Below, one piece after another: positions 1 through 9,533 of a stretch of 64,000 nucleotides of DNA. The notes beneath the pieces are model-generated. The model ran no database searches and was not told the DNA's origin. It was given only the letters and a program-made list of their open reading frames with translations. Each line of letters begins with the position of its first letter. The stretch's first letter is position 1. Source of the DNA: an uncultured Bacilli bacterium (GTDB lineage Bacteria > Bacillota_I > Bacilli_A > RFN20 > CAG-826); contig CANQQL010000001.1 of the NCBI GenBank assembly GCA_947625975.1, forward strand, positions 10,833 to 74,832. Reading direction: 5' to 3'. A program made the position numbers and the translations under genes.

Positions 1-201
1 GAAGTATCTTTATATCGATATGATAATAGTCAAATTTTATTGTGTACAGATGGACTTTATACAATGGTAAAAGAAGAAAAAATGTATGAAATTTTAAAAA
101 AGAAGATTTCGACAGAGGAAAAATGTAAACTACTTGTCGATGAAGCAAACAGAAATGGTGGAAATGATAATATTGGTTTAGTGCTTTGGGAGGTTTGTTA
201 A
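1..201 (+). CDS. PP2C-family Ser/Thr phosphatase, C-terminal fragment (5' truncated by the window edge)
   Basis: Frame 1 reads ...LLCTDGLY...VDEANRNGGNDNIGLVLWEVC*, a typical PP2C/Stp C-terminus. It sits immediately upstream of a Hanks kinase, as in stp-prkC operons. Confidence 0.6.
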   Translation, partial: EVSLYRYDNSQILLCTDGLYTMVKEEKMYEILKKKISTEEKCKLLVDEANRNGGNDNIGLVLWEVC

Positions 202-202
202 G

Positions 203-1084
203 ATGAATGTTAATGATATTATAGATGATCGTTATCGCATTGAAAGGATTCTTGGCGAAGGTGGTATGTCGGTTGTTTATGAAGCAAAAGATATTGTAAG
301 TAAGAAACAAGTAGCGATAAAAATTATTAAAGGCGATATGATGGCTAATGCTATTAACTTATCGCGTTTTGAAAGAGAAGCTCGTGCAGCGGCCTCATTG
401 AGTCATCCTAATATTGTGAAAGTCTTGAGTCTAGGTACTTTTGAAGGGCGACCCTATATGGTTAATGAATATGTTAACGGGAAAAATCTTCGTGATATAT
501 TAGATTCACGTAGTCATTTTACGCCTTTAGAAGCATGTGATATTATGCATCAATTAGTATCAGCGGTAATTCATTCGCATGAACATGGAGTAATCCATCG
601 TGATATTAAACCGCAAAATGTGTATTTAACTGCAGACGGAACAATTAAACTTGGCGATTTCGGAATTGCTACGTTTGAAAATTCGGCGCGTCTGACACGA
701 AGTGAAACAATTATAGGATCTGCCCACTATTTAGCACCGGAAATTTCGAAAGGACAACAAGCATCTTTTGCCAGTGATATTTATTCATTAGGAGTAACAT
801 TCTTTGAATTGATTACGGGCAAAGTTCCTTTTGATGCGGATACTCCGGTGGGAGTAGCTATTCAACACATTAAAGATAAATTTCCTTCCCCTAAAAAAAT
901 TATTCCCTCGACTCCAAAAGAGATTGAAAGAATTATCTTTAAAGCCACAAGAAAAAATCCTTTAGAAAGATATAAATCAGCCTTAGAGATGCGTAAAGAT
1001 ATCGAACGTATTTTGCGAAATCCAGAAATAATAAAAGAAAAACAATCATTTTTCGCCAAATTGTTCCATCGAGGCAAAAAATAA
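203..1084 (+). CDS. prkC: Hanks-type Ser/Thr protein kinase, kinase domain only (no TM/PASTA region)
   Basis: Gly-rich loop GEGGMSVVYEA, VAIK lysine, catalytic loop HRDIKPQNV, DFG and APE motifs. 293 aa; rsgA starts 2 nt after the stop. Confidence 0.85.
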   Translation: MNVNDIIDDRYRIERILGEGGMSVVYEAKDIVSKKQVAIKIIKGDMMANAINLSRFEREARAAASLSHPNIVKVLSLGTFEGRPYMVNEYVNGKNLRDILDSRSHFTPLEACDIMHQLVSAVIHSHEHGVIHRDIKPQNVYLTADGTIKLGDFGIATFENSARLTRSETIIGSAHYLAPEISKGQQASFASDIYSLGVTFFELITGKVPFDADTPVGVAIQHIKDKFPSPKKIIPSTPKEIERIIFKATRKNPLERYKSALEMRKDIERILRNPEIIKEKQSFFAKLFHRGKK

Positions 1085-1085
1085 T

Positions 1086-1949
1086 ATGGAAGGTATTATT
1101 CTTTCTTCACGCTATGGCAATTATGAAGTTTTAGATAGCAATCGGAATATAGAAATTTGTAAACCGCGAGGATTGTTTCGTCATAAACACATAAAATTAG
1201 TTGTCGGAGATAGGGTTGTTATCTCAGAAGATGAATTATTAATTACGGAAGTAAAAGAACGAAAAAATTATCTTCTACGTCCCAATATTGCCAATATTGA
1301 TGAGTTAGTTATCGTAATGTCAGCAATAGATCCAGATTTTTCTTCGCTATTGCTTGATAAATTTATTGCCTATGCACACTTTTTTAAAATAAATCCAAAT
1401 GTTATAATTAGTAAAATTGATAAAATGTCCAATAAAAATTTTTTCGATGAAAAAATTAACTATTTATCGAAAATTGGTGTGCGTGTTATCAAATATTCGA
1501 ATATCACAAAAGAAGGTTTAGAAGAAATTCAAGAATTATTCTCTAATAAGATTGTTGCTTTAATGGGACAAAGTGGAGTCGGTAAGTCAAGTCTTTTAAA
1601 TGCTTTGTCACCGCAAAGTAAAAGAGAAATAGGTGAATTTAGTAAGTCTTTAGGAAGAGGAAAACATCAAACAAAAGAGGTTGTCCTAATTCCTTATGAA
1701 AACGGATTTATCGCCGACACTCCCGGCTTTTCATCTTTGGAATTACCATTTTATAAGGACGATTTAGCAAATTGTTTCATGAATTTTGCAAAATATGCAA
1801 AAGATTGCAAATTTAACAATTGCCTGCACATTCAGGAAACTTTCTGTGCAGTGAAAAAAGCGGTCGAAGAAGGAAATATTTCTTGTGAAAGTTATGAGAA
1901 TTACTTAAAGTTATCAGAGGATTTAATATTGCGAAAGGACAGATTCTAG
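1086..1949 (+). CDS. rsgA: ribosome small-subunit-dependent GTPase A
   Basis: G1 motif GQSGVGKSSLLNAL and DTPGF, plus a C-terminal Zn-finger-like CKFNNCLHIQETFC. Conserved position after prkC. Confidence 0.9.
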   Translation: MEGIILSSRYGNYEVLDSNRNIEICKPRGLFRHKHIKLVVGDRVVISEDELLITEVKERKNYLLRPNIANIDELVIVMSAIDPDFSSLLLDKFIAYAHFFKINPNVIISKIDKMSNKNFFDEKINYLSKIGVRVIKYSNITKEGLEEIQELFSNKIVALMGQSGVGKSSLLNALSPQSKREIGEFSKSLGRGKHQTKEVVLIPYENGFIADTPGFSSLELPFYKDDLANCFMNFAKYAKDCKFNNCLHIQETFCAVKKAVEEGNISCESYENYLKLSEDLILRKDRF

Positions 1950-1950
1950 T

Positions 1951-2610
1951 ATGAATAAAATTATCGTTTCTCCATCTTTGCTTTCAGCAGATTTTTCAAA
2001 GATTCAACAAGAATTAGATTTATTGGAAAAGTCTGGTGCCGAGTGGTTACATTTTGATGTTATGGATGGACACTTTGTGCCAAATATTTCTTTTGGCTTA
2101 CCAGTGCTAAAATCTTTAGCGCACAAGCATCACATGTTGAATGATGTGCATATTATGATTTCTAATCCCTTATTTTATGCACCAAAGTTTGTTGATGCCG
2201 GTGCTAATTTAGTTACATTTCATTATGAGGCGGTTAAAAATTCCGAGGTGTTAAAGGTTATTGAAACTATTAAAGAGAAAAAATGTAAAGTTGGTTTGTC
2301 AATAAAGCCTAAAACAAGTGTAGAAAAAATAATCCCATTTTTAGATAAGATAGATGTGGTTCTGGTTATGTCTGTTGAGCCTGGCTTTGGTGGACAAGCA
2401 TTTATGGACATAGCTTTAGAAAAAATTTCTAAGCTCCGAAAATATATTGATCAATACCATCTATCTACTCTTATAGAAGTTGATGGTGGTATCAACCAGG
2501 AAACAGGTAAAAAATGTGTTGAAGTTGGGGCTAATGTTTTAGTAGCAGGTTCTTATTTGTTTGGCCATGAAAATTTATCAAGCCGTATTAATATTCTAAA
2601 GGGGATTTAA
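1951..2610 (+). CDS. rpe: ribulose-phosphate 3-epimerase
   Basis: Motifs HFDVMDGHFVPN, MSVEPGFGGQAF and DGGIN. Confidence 0.9.
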   Translation: MNKIIVSPSLLSADFSKIQQELDLLEKSGAEWLHFDVMDGHFVPNISFGLPVLKSLAHKHHMLNDVHIMISNPLFYAPKFVDAGANLVTFHYEAVKNSEVLKVIETIKEKKCKVGLSIKPKTSVEKIIPFLDKIDVVLVMSVEPGFGGQAFMDIALEKISKLRKYIDQYHLSTLIEVDGGINQETGKKCVEVGANVLVAGSYLFGHENLSSRINILKGI

Positions 2611-2612
2611 AA

Positions 2613-3227
2613 ATGCGGAAAGCAATTGTTGTGACTGATGATACAAAATATTATCAATTAGCAAGATACGAAGGGTATCCTTTTTTGGTCTTATCAAAAA
2701 GTGAAGATTTTCAAAATATTAAATCGGATAAGAGATTTAGTGATTTTTATCGTCGCACAAGTTTTGAAACTGTTGATCCATCACAATATTTTGAAGATGA
2801 AAACAATAATGAAAAAGTACAAATAATGGATAATATTGTTGAATATCTCTATAAAAAAGGGTTTGATGAAATTGTTATTCTGACTGATATAAAGACTAAT
2901 TCCAGTGATTATTTTAGTTATATTCTCTTGCTAAAAAAATACTATTATTTAAAGATATCCTTTGAAACGCAGCAAGAATCAATACAATATTTTGGCAAGG
3001 GAAATCATATAATACCAAAGGAAAATAGTGTATCCATATCTTTGGTTCCCTTTACATCTTGTGTTGTTTCTTTAGACTATACTATCGAGAAAAAAAGCAA
3101 TATAAAACTTGATGCTTTAAGTGGTGTTATGAAAGATATAAAATTATTTCAACGCATTGTTTTATTGAAAGTAGAAAGTGGCGAAGTTTTATTAATCAGA
3201 AAGTTGGGTGAAGTAAATGAAGATTGA
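2613..3227 (+). CDS. thiamine pyrophosphokinase-like protein (divergent/degenerate), position of thiN/yloS
   Basis: Synteny with rpe-thiN. Weak collinear similarity to TPK (MRKAIVV..., DEIVILTD, ISLVPF). The canonical GGRxDH-type motif is not recognisable. Confidence 0.35.
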   Translation: MRKAIVVTDDTKYYQLARYEGYPFLVLSKSEDFQNIKSDKRFSDFYRRTSFETVDPSQYFEDENNNEKVQIMDNIVEYLYKKGFDEIVILTDIKTNSSDYFSYILLLKKYYYLKISFETQQESIQYFGKGNHIIPKENSVSISLVPFTSCVVSLDYTIEKKSNIKLDALSGVMKDIKLFQRIVLLKVESGEVLLIRKLGEVNED

Positions 3228-3885
3228 AATTATGATTCCAAGTTTAATTGTTATAATAATGATTTTTGCAATTCTGCTGGTTGTGGGAAGAAATAATTAT
3301 CTTGAATATACTAAAGATAAATTTGATTTTCGCTCTAAGTTTCCTTATGAAATGCAAGATAAATCTTATTTCAAATATAATTGGCAAGTCAGATTTTTAG
3401 CCCTGTTTTTTTGCCTTAGTTTAGCCCTTTTTGCTGTTAATGCGTTTGATATGCGCCATGCCTCAAGCCTTTCATTGGCAATCGGAGTCATGATTTTAAA
3501 TGCAATAGTTACAATGTTACTGTTTTTTGTTTCGATGAAAAATGCTTCATTGCATATGATTTTAGCAATCGCGCAATTTGCATTAACCTTTTTAAGTTAC
3601 GCCTTCGTTTCTAATTATGTTTATTTTTTTAATGCCCTTGATTATCCCTTGTTTTTGGGAATTGTTTCTAGCGTTTTTGTGCTTGTCATATTACTGCTTT
3701 TAATAAATCCAAAATTATATCGTTGGATGTACCTAGATAAAGTGGAAGAGAATGGTGAAATTGTCATAAAAAGACCAAAAATTCTTTTACTTGCTTTTTA
3801 TGAATGGATATTTATGCTTTTGACAATTATACTTGATTTACTAATTGTGATTGCTACTCTTGTTATGCAAACGCCTATGGCGTAA
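3217..3885 (+). CDS. polytopic membrane protein, unknown function
   Basis: 222-aa ORF with 5-6 hydrophobic helices. Overlaps the upstream gene by 11 nt. Confidence 0.5.
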   Translation: MKIEIMIPSLIVIIMIFAILLVVGRNNYLEYTKDKFDFRSKFPYEMQDKSYFKYNWQVRFLALFFCLSLALFAVNAFDMRHASSLSLAIGVMILNAIVTMLLFFVSMKNASLHMILAIAQFALTFLSYAFVSNYVYFFNALDYPLFLGIVSSVFVLVILLLLINPKLYRWMYLDKVEENGEIVIKRPKILLLAFYEWIFMLLTIILDLLIVIATLVMQTPMA

Positions 3886-3901
3886 AAAACTTATTAAGCA
3901 A

Positions 3902-3936
3902 AATAAAAAAATCAAGGCGCTAACCTTGATTTTTTA
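3902..3936. terminator. bidirectional rho-independent terminator between the membrane-protein gene (+) and rpmB (-)
   Basis: Hairpin ATCAAGG-cgctaa-CCTTGAT at 3911-3930, with an A-run upstream and T-run downstream. Confidence 0.6.
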
Positions 3937-4128
3937 ATCTTGCTTAGTTGATTTATTAAGGGTTCTATAAGCACGCGCGGACATTCTAACTGTTTGAACA
4001 CGTCCATCAACGACGACCTTATATGGTTGTAAGTTGACATTCCATCTACGCGGAGTTGCTCTTAAGGAGTGAGAGCGTTTATTTCCACTTAAAGGTGCTT
4101 TACCTGTTACTGGGCAAACTCTTGACAT
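3934..4128 (-). CDS. rpmB: 50S ribosomal protein L28
   Basis: MSRVCPVTGKAPLSGNKRSHSLRATPRRWNVNLQ... is the canonical L28 sequence. Confidence 0.9.
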   Translation of the reverse strand: MSRVCPVTGKAPLSGNKRSHSLRATPRRWNVNLQPYKVVVDGRVQTVRMSARAYRTLNKSTKQD

Positions 4129-4343
4129 TTTTACATACCTCCCTTAATTTTTTCACATTATTTACACAATGCTTTTGTATAATAACATATTTTTTATACT
4201 TTATGCAATGACTTTTTGAAAATTTTAAAATCTTATGTGGTTTTTTTACAATAGTTTTGTTAAAAAGTTCGAGCTGATTAATTTTCATCTATATATAGGC
4301 AACAAAAATAAAATTATTTTGTAAAGTTCGGGAGGTAATAAAA

Positions 4344-4433
4344 GTGAATACAAATGAAAAAGTAGAAAAGAAAAATGTTGAAGTAGAAAAGGTTGAAGTT
4401 AATTTTACAGATAACTTAAAAAAATTTAATTAA
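4344..4433 (+). CDS. small ORF (29 codons, GTG start) with a consensus SD; possible leader/uORF upstream of the GH3 island
   Basis: GGGAGGTAATAAAA-GTG, then VNTNEKVEKKNVEVEKVEVNFTDNLKKFN*. Lies 170 nt upstream of the first GH3 gene. Confidence 0.25.
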   Translation: MNTNEKVEKKNVEVEKVEVNFTDNLKKFN

Positions 4434-4601
4434 TTAAATAAAAATAAATGAAAAATATCCAGGTATAGAGAATTTTATTTAATATTTTGGTACCAGATAC
4501 GCAAATATTTTAACCAAATACGAGAAAATCATTTGTTAATATTACTTTACAAGTAAAATTAAACCGATGAAAGCGTTAACAATTCTCACTGGAGGTTAAT
4601 T

Positions 4602-7600
4602 ATGAAGAAGAAACCCTTTACGATTATGATGGGATCAATCGCTTTGGCAATAGCAGCAATTGCTATTGTAGGAAACATCTTAGCGTTTGGAACATTTGAT
4701 CCGGTATTAACAAGTTATTTTGGTGTTGAAGGAGCAACTGAAACAAGTTTTAAAGATAATCAATATTTTGAAAGAAAATATGAAAACGCTAAAGATGCTT
4801 CTGATAGAGCAGATGAAATAAGTAAAGAAATCGAAGCTGAAGGTGCTGTATTATTGAAAAATGATAATTCTGCATTACCACTTGCTGAAAATAGTTCAGT
4901 TAGTATGTTTTCTGTTTCCTCAGTTAATTTTTATTCAGGAAAATTATATGGCTCAGGCGCTATTAATTCTGATGGATTATTGACTTTAGGTCAAACTTTA
5001 GAAAATGCAAATTTAAAAGTTAATAAAACACTAGAAAATTTCTATATTTCAAAAAAGAATCAATATAGTAGAAAAATTGGTGGTTTAAATCAGGGGACAA
5101 GCAAAACGCCATACAAATGGGGAATCAATGAAGTTCCGTATAGTGAATATACAAGCGAAGTAATAGCAAGTTATAAAAATTATAATGATGCAGCGATTGT
5201 GGTTATCACAAGAGAAGGTGCAGAAAATGGTGACTTACCTCGTGATATGTCAGAAGCGGATCCTAAAAATACAGGACATATCTTAGAACTTGATTATAAT
5301 GAAAAAAAGATGATGGAAGAAGTTTGTAAAAACTTCAAAAAAGTAATAGTGTTACTCAATACAACCAACACATTCGAATTAGGCTTCTTAGATGAATACA
5401 ATATAGATGCTTGCATTTGGGTTGGTAACGTTGGTTTAGGTATGAAAAGCGTTGGACAAATAATTGCTGGAGAAATAAATCCATCTGGAAGAACTGTCGA
5501 TACATATGCTTATGATTTGTTCTCTTCACCAGCTATGCAAAACATGGGAAATTATGCCTATGTTAATGGCTCAAATGAAACGACAGGACATTATTACTTA
5601 GCTTATGCTGAAGGAATTTATATTGGATACAAATATTATGAAACACGTTATGAAGATAAAGTATTAAATCAAGGAAATGCAGGAAACTATAACTATGATG
5701 AAGTTGTACAATTCCCATTTGGCTATGGTTTAAGTTATACGACATTTGAATGGTTTGATTATTCTTCAGCAATTAAAGGCGATAATATTGAAGTTAATGT
5801 TACGGTGAAAAACACAGGTAAAATAGCAGGAAAAGATGTAGTTGAAGTATATTATCAATCGCCATATACAGCTTATGATATAAAAAACAAAGTCGAAAAA
5901 GCTTCAGTTAATTTAGGTGGAATTGGTAAGACAAAACTTTTGAAGGCTGGAGAAAGTGAAACTATTACAGTTTCTTTCCCAATAAATGATATGAAGTCTT
6001 ATGATTCAAATAACAAAAAGACCTATATTTTTGAAGCAGGTGATTATTATGTCACTGCCGCAACAAACGCACATAACGCTATTAATAATATTTTAAAGGA
6101 GAAAGGAAACAACGTTGATGGTAATAGCGAACTTGCAAGCAAACATAATATTAAATTAAGAGATGTTTCAAAAGATGATGTGACAGAAGTTGAAATAAAG
6201 AATTTGTTTGATGATGCAAAAGGTGATGTTAAATATTTAAGTCGAAACAATTGGAGTGCAATGGACAACAATGGTTTATTATATGGAACTGCTTTTGGAA
6301 AAGATAGCGACGGACCAACATATAAACACATTATTGATGCAGCATTAAAGAAAGAATTAGACACTAAGGGGTATGCTGCATCTGGAGCTCCAAATGAAGA
6401 ATTTGTAGAGCCAACAGTTGGAGCAAAGACTAATAGGAAATTAATTGAATTTAGAGGCAAAGACTTTAATGATCATGAATGGGATGAATTACTAAATCAA
6501 GTAAGAAAACAAGAAATGGTTCAAATGGCAAAATCATCAGGGCACCATACATATGCAATGCCATCTGTTGGAAAACCATATACAACTGATAGTGATGGGC
6601 CATCTGCTTGGAAACCATTTATTGGTGATGGAATATCATCGGGTGGTCTACCTGGTGAAATTGTACATGCTTCAACTTGGAATAAGAAATTAGCCTATGA
6701 AATTGGTGAAATTATGGGTGAGTTGTGTCTTTGGGCAAAAATCGAAGGTAAAGATACGAATCCTAATTTAACAGGATGGTATGCACCAGCAATGAATATT
6801 CATAGAACACCTTTTGGTGGAAGAAACTTCGAATACTATTCAGAAGATGCAACATTATCAGCGATTATTGGTTCGGAAGTTGTAAAAGGTGCAACTGAAA
6901 AAGGTGTCGTGACATATATTAAACACTTTGCAATGAATGAGCAAGAAGCGAATCGTATGACTGATAATGTTACTTGGACCAATGAACAAGCCTTAAGAGA
7001 AATATATTTAAGACCATTTGAAGTATCAATTAAAGAAGGTAAATCTTTAGGATTAATGTCTTCTTACAATAGAGTTGGTAAAGTTTGGTCTGGTGGTAAC
7101 TATAATTTAATTACAGGAGTATTAAGAACGGAATGGGGATTTAATGGATTTGTCATCACGGACTATATGGATGGTGATTACGAAGATATCGATCAAATGT
7201 TAGCGGCTGGTGGCGATGCAGCACTATACTCACTTAATGATAAACATTTAACACTAAGCGGAGCTCAAGCATTAACATACTTAAGAAGAGCGACAAAGCA
7301 TTGTTTATATGCATTTGCAAATAGTAATGCTATGAATGGTATTAGTAGTGGAACAGTAATTATAGGTGGAACACCAATTTATCATCGTTATATAATTATA
7401 ATTGATGTGATATTAGGAATTGCATTGTTAGCAACTTTAGGATCAATACCATTAAAATTATTATTAGCTCGTTCTAATGATACAGAATCTGGAACACCAC
7501 CAAGGCTAGAAGAGAAAAAGAAAAAAGAAAAACCTAAGAAAAATAAGAATGTGAAAAAAGAATTGTTAGAAGAAATCGATCAACTAAAGGAACGTATAAA

Positions 7601-7655
7601 ATCTCTACAGGCTACGCTCTCGGAAAATGCTGATGTAGATGATAAAAATAATTAA
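4602..7655 (+). CDS. GH3-family glycoside hydrolase (beta-glucosidase/xylosidase-like), paralog A: N-terminal signal-anchor, permuted GH3 domains, C-terminal TM helix and charged coiled-coil tail
   Basis: FPFGYGLSYTTFEW (normally at the GH3 C-terminal/Fn3 junction) is near residue 375. The N-terminal-domain motifs GGRNFEYYSEDA, KHF and nucleophile GFNGFVITDY are at residues 740-860. TM segment IIIIDVILGIALLATLG, then a KKKEKPKKNKNVKKELLEEIDQLKERIKSL tail. Confidence 0.85.
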   Translation: MKKKPFTIMMGSIALAIAAIAIVGNILAFGTFDPVLTSYFGVEGATETSFKDNQYFERKYENAKDASDRADEISKEIEAEGAVLLKNDNSALPLAENSSVSMFSVSSVNFYSGKLYGSGAINSDGLLTLGQTLENANLKVNKTLENFYISKKNQYSRKIGGLNQGTSKTPYKWGINEVPYSEYTSEVIASYKNYNDAAIVVITREGAENGDLPRDMSEADPKNTGHILELDYNEKKMMEEVCKNFKKVIVLLNTTNTFELGFLDEYNIDACIWVGNVGLGMKSVGQIIAGEINPSGRTVDTYAYDLFSSPAMQNMGNYAYVNGSNETTGHYYLAYAEGIYIGYKYYETRYEDKVLNQGNAGNYNYDEVVQFPFGYGLSYTTFEWFDYSSAIKGDNIEVNVTVKNTGKIAGKDVVEVYYQSPYTAYDIKNKVEKASVNLGGIGKTKLLKAGESETITVSFPINDMKSYDSNNKKTYIFEAGDYYVTAATNAHNAINNILKEKGNNVDGNSELASKHNIKLRDVSKDDVTEVEIKNLFDDAKGDVKYLSRNNWSAMDNNGLLYGTAFGKDSDGPTYKHIIDAALKKELDTKGYAASGAPNEEFVEPTVGAKTNRKLIEFRGKDFNDHEWDELLNQVRKQEMVQMAKSSGHHTYAMPSVGKPYTTDSDGPSAWKPFIGDGISSGGLPGEIVHASTWNKKLAYEIGEIMGELCLWAKIEGKDTNPNLTGWYAPAMNIHRTPFGGRNFEYYSEDATLSAIIGSEVVKGATEKGVVTYIKHFAMNEQEANRMTDNVTWTNEQALREIYLRPFEVSIKEGKSLGLMSSYNRVGKVWSGGNYNLITGVLRTEWGFNGFVITDYMDGDYEDIDQMLAAGGDAALYSLNDKHLTLSGAQALTYLRRATKHCLYAFANSNAMNGISSGTVIIGGTPIYHRYIIIIDVILGIALLATLGSIPLKLLLARSNDTESGTPPRLEEKKKKEKPKKNKNVKKELLEEIDQLKERIKSLQATLSENADVDDKNN

Positions 7656-7820
7656 AAAAGAAAAGGAGAAAATATTAATTATGAAAACTTATATCAAACC
7701 TACTGTAGAAATCGAATCTATTATGATGCAAGATGTTATTTTGTCATCAATAGCAATTAATGATTCAGAAAAAGACTTCGAAGATTGCGATGAAGTTTTA
7801 TAAAGGAAATAGATAAAATT

Positions 7821-9533
7821 ATGAAAAACAAATTATCATTTTTAGTCCTTTTAACATTTGTGGGGATATCTCTTGCTGCTTGTGGAAACGAAGAGAATTC
7901 TACTCCTAGTGTGAATAATTCTACTACCCCTACATCATCTAATATCTATGATGACGATGTAGATTTAGAAGAAAAATACGGGACACCAACAAAATTTAAT
8001 TTGACAAATGGCACAGATACTATGTCTTTTGACACAAGCAAAAGAGGTTACTATTATGAAGCTGAAGCTGCAGATCTAACTTCGCCTGCAAAAGTAAAGG
8101 ATGGTGCGACTGCATCGGGTGGCCAATTTGTTGGTAATTTTGAACCGGGAGCAACAATGATTTTTGCTATTGATGTAGTAGAAGATACAGATGCAATGTT
8201 AATGGCATCAGCTGGTTATTGGAGTTCTGGGGATTATTATGTTGAAGACTTCCTCTATGTAACTTATGGTATTGACGACACATTCTTAGATAATGATATT
8301 AATCTAAGTGATGTTTCCTTTACAGGAAGTGGAAATTATAACACATTCCGTGAATTTGTCATTGGTGAAGTTCATTTGAAAAGTGGCATAAACTATATTG
8401 AATTTGACTCTTATGGCGATGCTCTTAACTATGATTATATTTGTTTAGTTGCACCATGGGATGGAACTCCTGATGAAGAAGAGAATATTGTTGATTTAAA
8501 AGAAAAATATGGTGACGTTAAAAAGAAACATCTTACAGATGGAACAGCAACAATGTCATTTGACGATAAGACAAGAGGCTATTACTATGAAGCTGAAAAA
8601 GCAACATTAAGTGAAAAGGTACAAATTGAGGATAATCCAAGTGCATCTGGTAAAAAAGTCATTACACATTTCAATCCAGGTGAGACAATGTTGTTTGAAA
8701 TTACCTCTAGTGTCGAAGCAGATGTTTTAGTTATGATGTCTGGGGCAATGTATGACCGAGTTGATGTTGCATTTAGAAATGCAGTTAAAATTAATTATGG
8801 TAACAGTCAAGATGGATTAGAAGGTGAAGTTAACTCGTACAATCAAATGTATACAGGTACTGGTGATTGGAATATTTATAAAGAATATATGATTGGAGAA
8901 ATTCACTTAGAAGAAGGAAAGAATTATATTAATTTATTATCTCTTACGGCAATAAACTATGATTATATTGCTCTCGTTAATGAATATGATGAAGTACGTG
9001 ATGGTGACTTTAAAGAAGATGTAGAAATTAATCTTGATGAAAAATACGGATATCCTACTAAAGATGTATTATTAAATGGCACAAGCGGTATGAAATTTGA
9101 TGATTCAGTTACTGGATATTACTACGAGGCAGAAGATGCAGATTTAAGTAGTGGCATTACTTTTGAAACTGGAAATATGTCAGGTGGAAAAGGTATTGGT
9201 CATTTCCAAAATGGTGCTACAATGACTTTCACAATCAATTCAGATGTGGAAACAGATGCTTTAGTAATGTTAGCAGTAACTAGATGGAATGACGGGGATT
9301 TGTTAATGAGTGATGCATTCAAATGCGAATATGGGGCAGATTTAAATAATTTATCTGGACAAGTAAACACATTTGAAAGATCAATTAAAAATCATCAAAG
9401 TTGGTCTGCTTATGAAGAATATAAAGTCGGAGAACTTCATTTAGTAGCAGGTGTTAACTATATCAAATTTACTGGTTATAATGCCGTAAATGTTGATTAT
9501 ATGTGTTTGGTTTCGCCAATTTTAGTAGCATAA
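7821..9533 (+). CDS. lipoprotein with three tandem CBM6/CBM35-like beta-sandwich repeats (about 185 aa each)
   Basis: Lipobox LAAC. Each repeat begins D/E-L-E-EKYG...RGYYYEAE and ends GE(I/V)HL..G.NYI.F....NYDY..LV, the CBM6/35-like pattern. Confidence 0.7.
   Translation: MKNKLSFLVLLTFVGISLAACGNEENSTPSVNNSTTPTSSNIYDDDVDLEEKYGTPTKFNLTNGTDTMSFDTSKRGYYYEAEAADLTSPAKVKDGATASGGQFVGNFEPGATMIFAIDVVEDTDAMLMASAGYWSSGDYYVEDFLYVTYGIDDTFLDNDINLSDVSFTGSGNYNTFREFVIGEVHLKSGINYIEFDSYGDALNYDYICLVAPWDGTPDEEENIVDLKEKYGDVKKKHLTDGTATMSFDDKTRGYYYEAEKATLSEKVQIEDNPSASGKKVITHFNPGETMLFEITSSVEADVLVMMSGAMYDRVDVAFRNAVKINYGNSQDGLEGEVNSYNQMYTGTGDWNIYKEYMIGEIHLEEGKNYINLLSLTAINYDYIALVNEYDEVRDGDFKEDVEINLDEKYGYPTKDVLLNGTSGMKFDDSVTGYYYEAEDADLSSGITFETGNMSGGKGIGHFQNGATMTFTINSDVETDALVMLAVTRWNDGDLLMSDAFKCEYGADLNNLSGQVNTFERSIKNHQSWSAYEEYKVGELHLVAGVNYIKFTGYNAVNVDYMCLVSPILVA

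Noticed and set aside
862-1077. Antisense 71-aa ORF inside prkC. Many similar track ORFs are of the same kind: 2223-2411, 5563-5772, 6047-6460, 12770-12997, 13027-13359, 16089-16384, 17794-18048, 18878-19174, 19341-19793, 21664-21867, 22553-22786, 25153-25341, 25527-25793, 30963-31217, 31522-31785, 32353-32684, 33408-33641, 36614-36898, 42569-42760, 43902-44270, 47259-47621, 48616-48813, 49524-50046, 50484-52160, 53761-54618, 54851-55069, 56240-56437 and 58205-58405.
   Set aside because: These are shadow ORFs on the opposite strand or in an alternative frame of long CDSs with clear motifs. They have no RBS, odd composition and no recognisable family.
4100-4288. 62-aa minus-strand ORF overlapping the rpmB start region.
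   Set aside because: It overlaps the 5' end of rpmB out of frame and lies in AT-rich promoter DNA without an SD. It is most likely non-coding.
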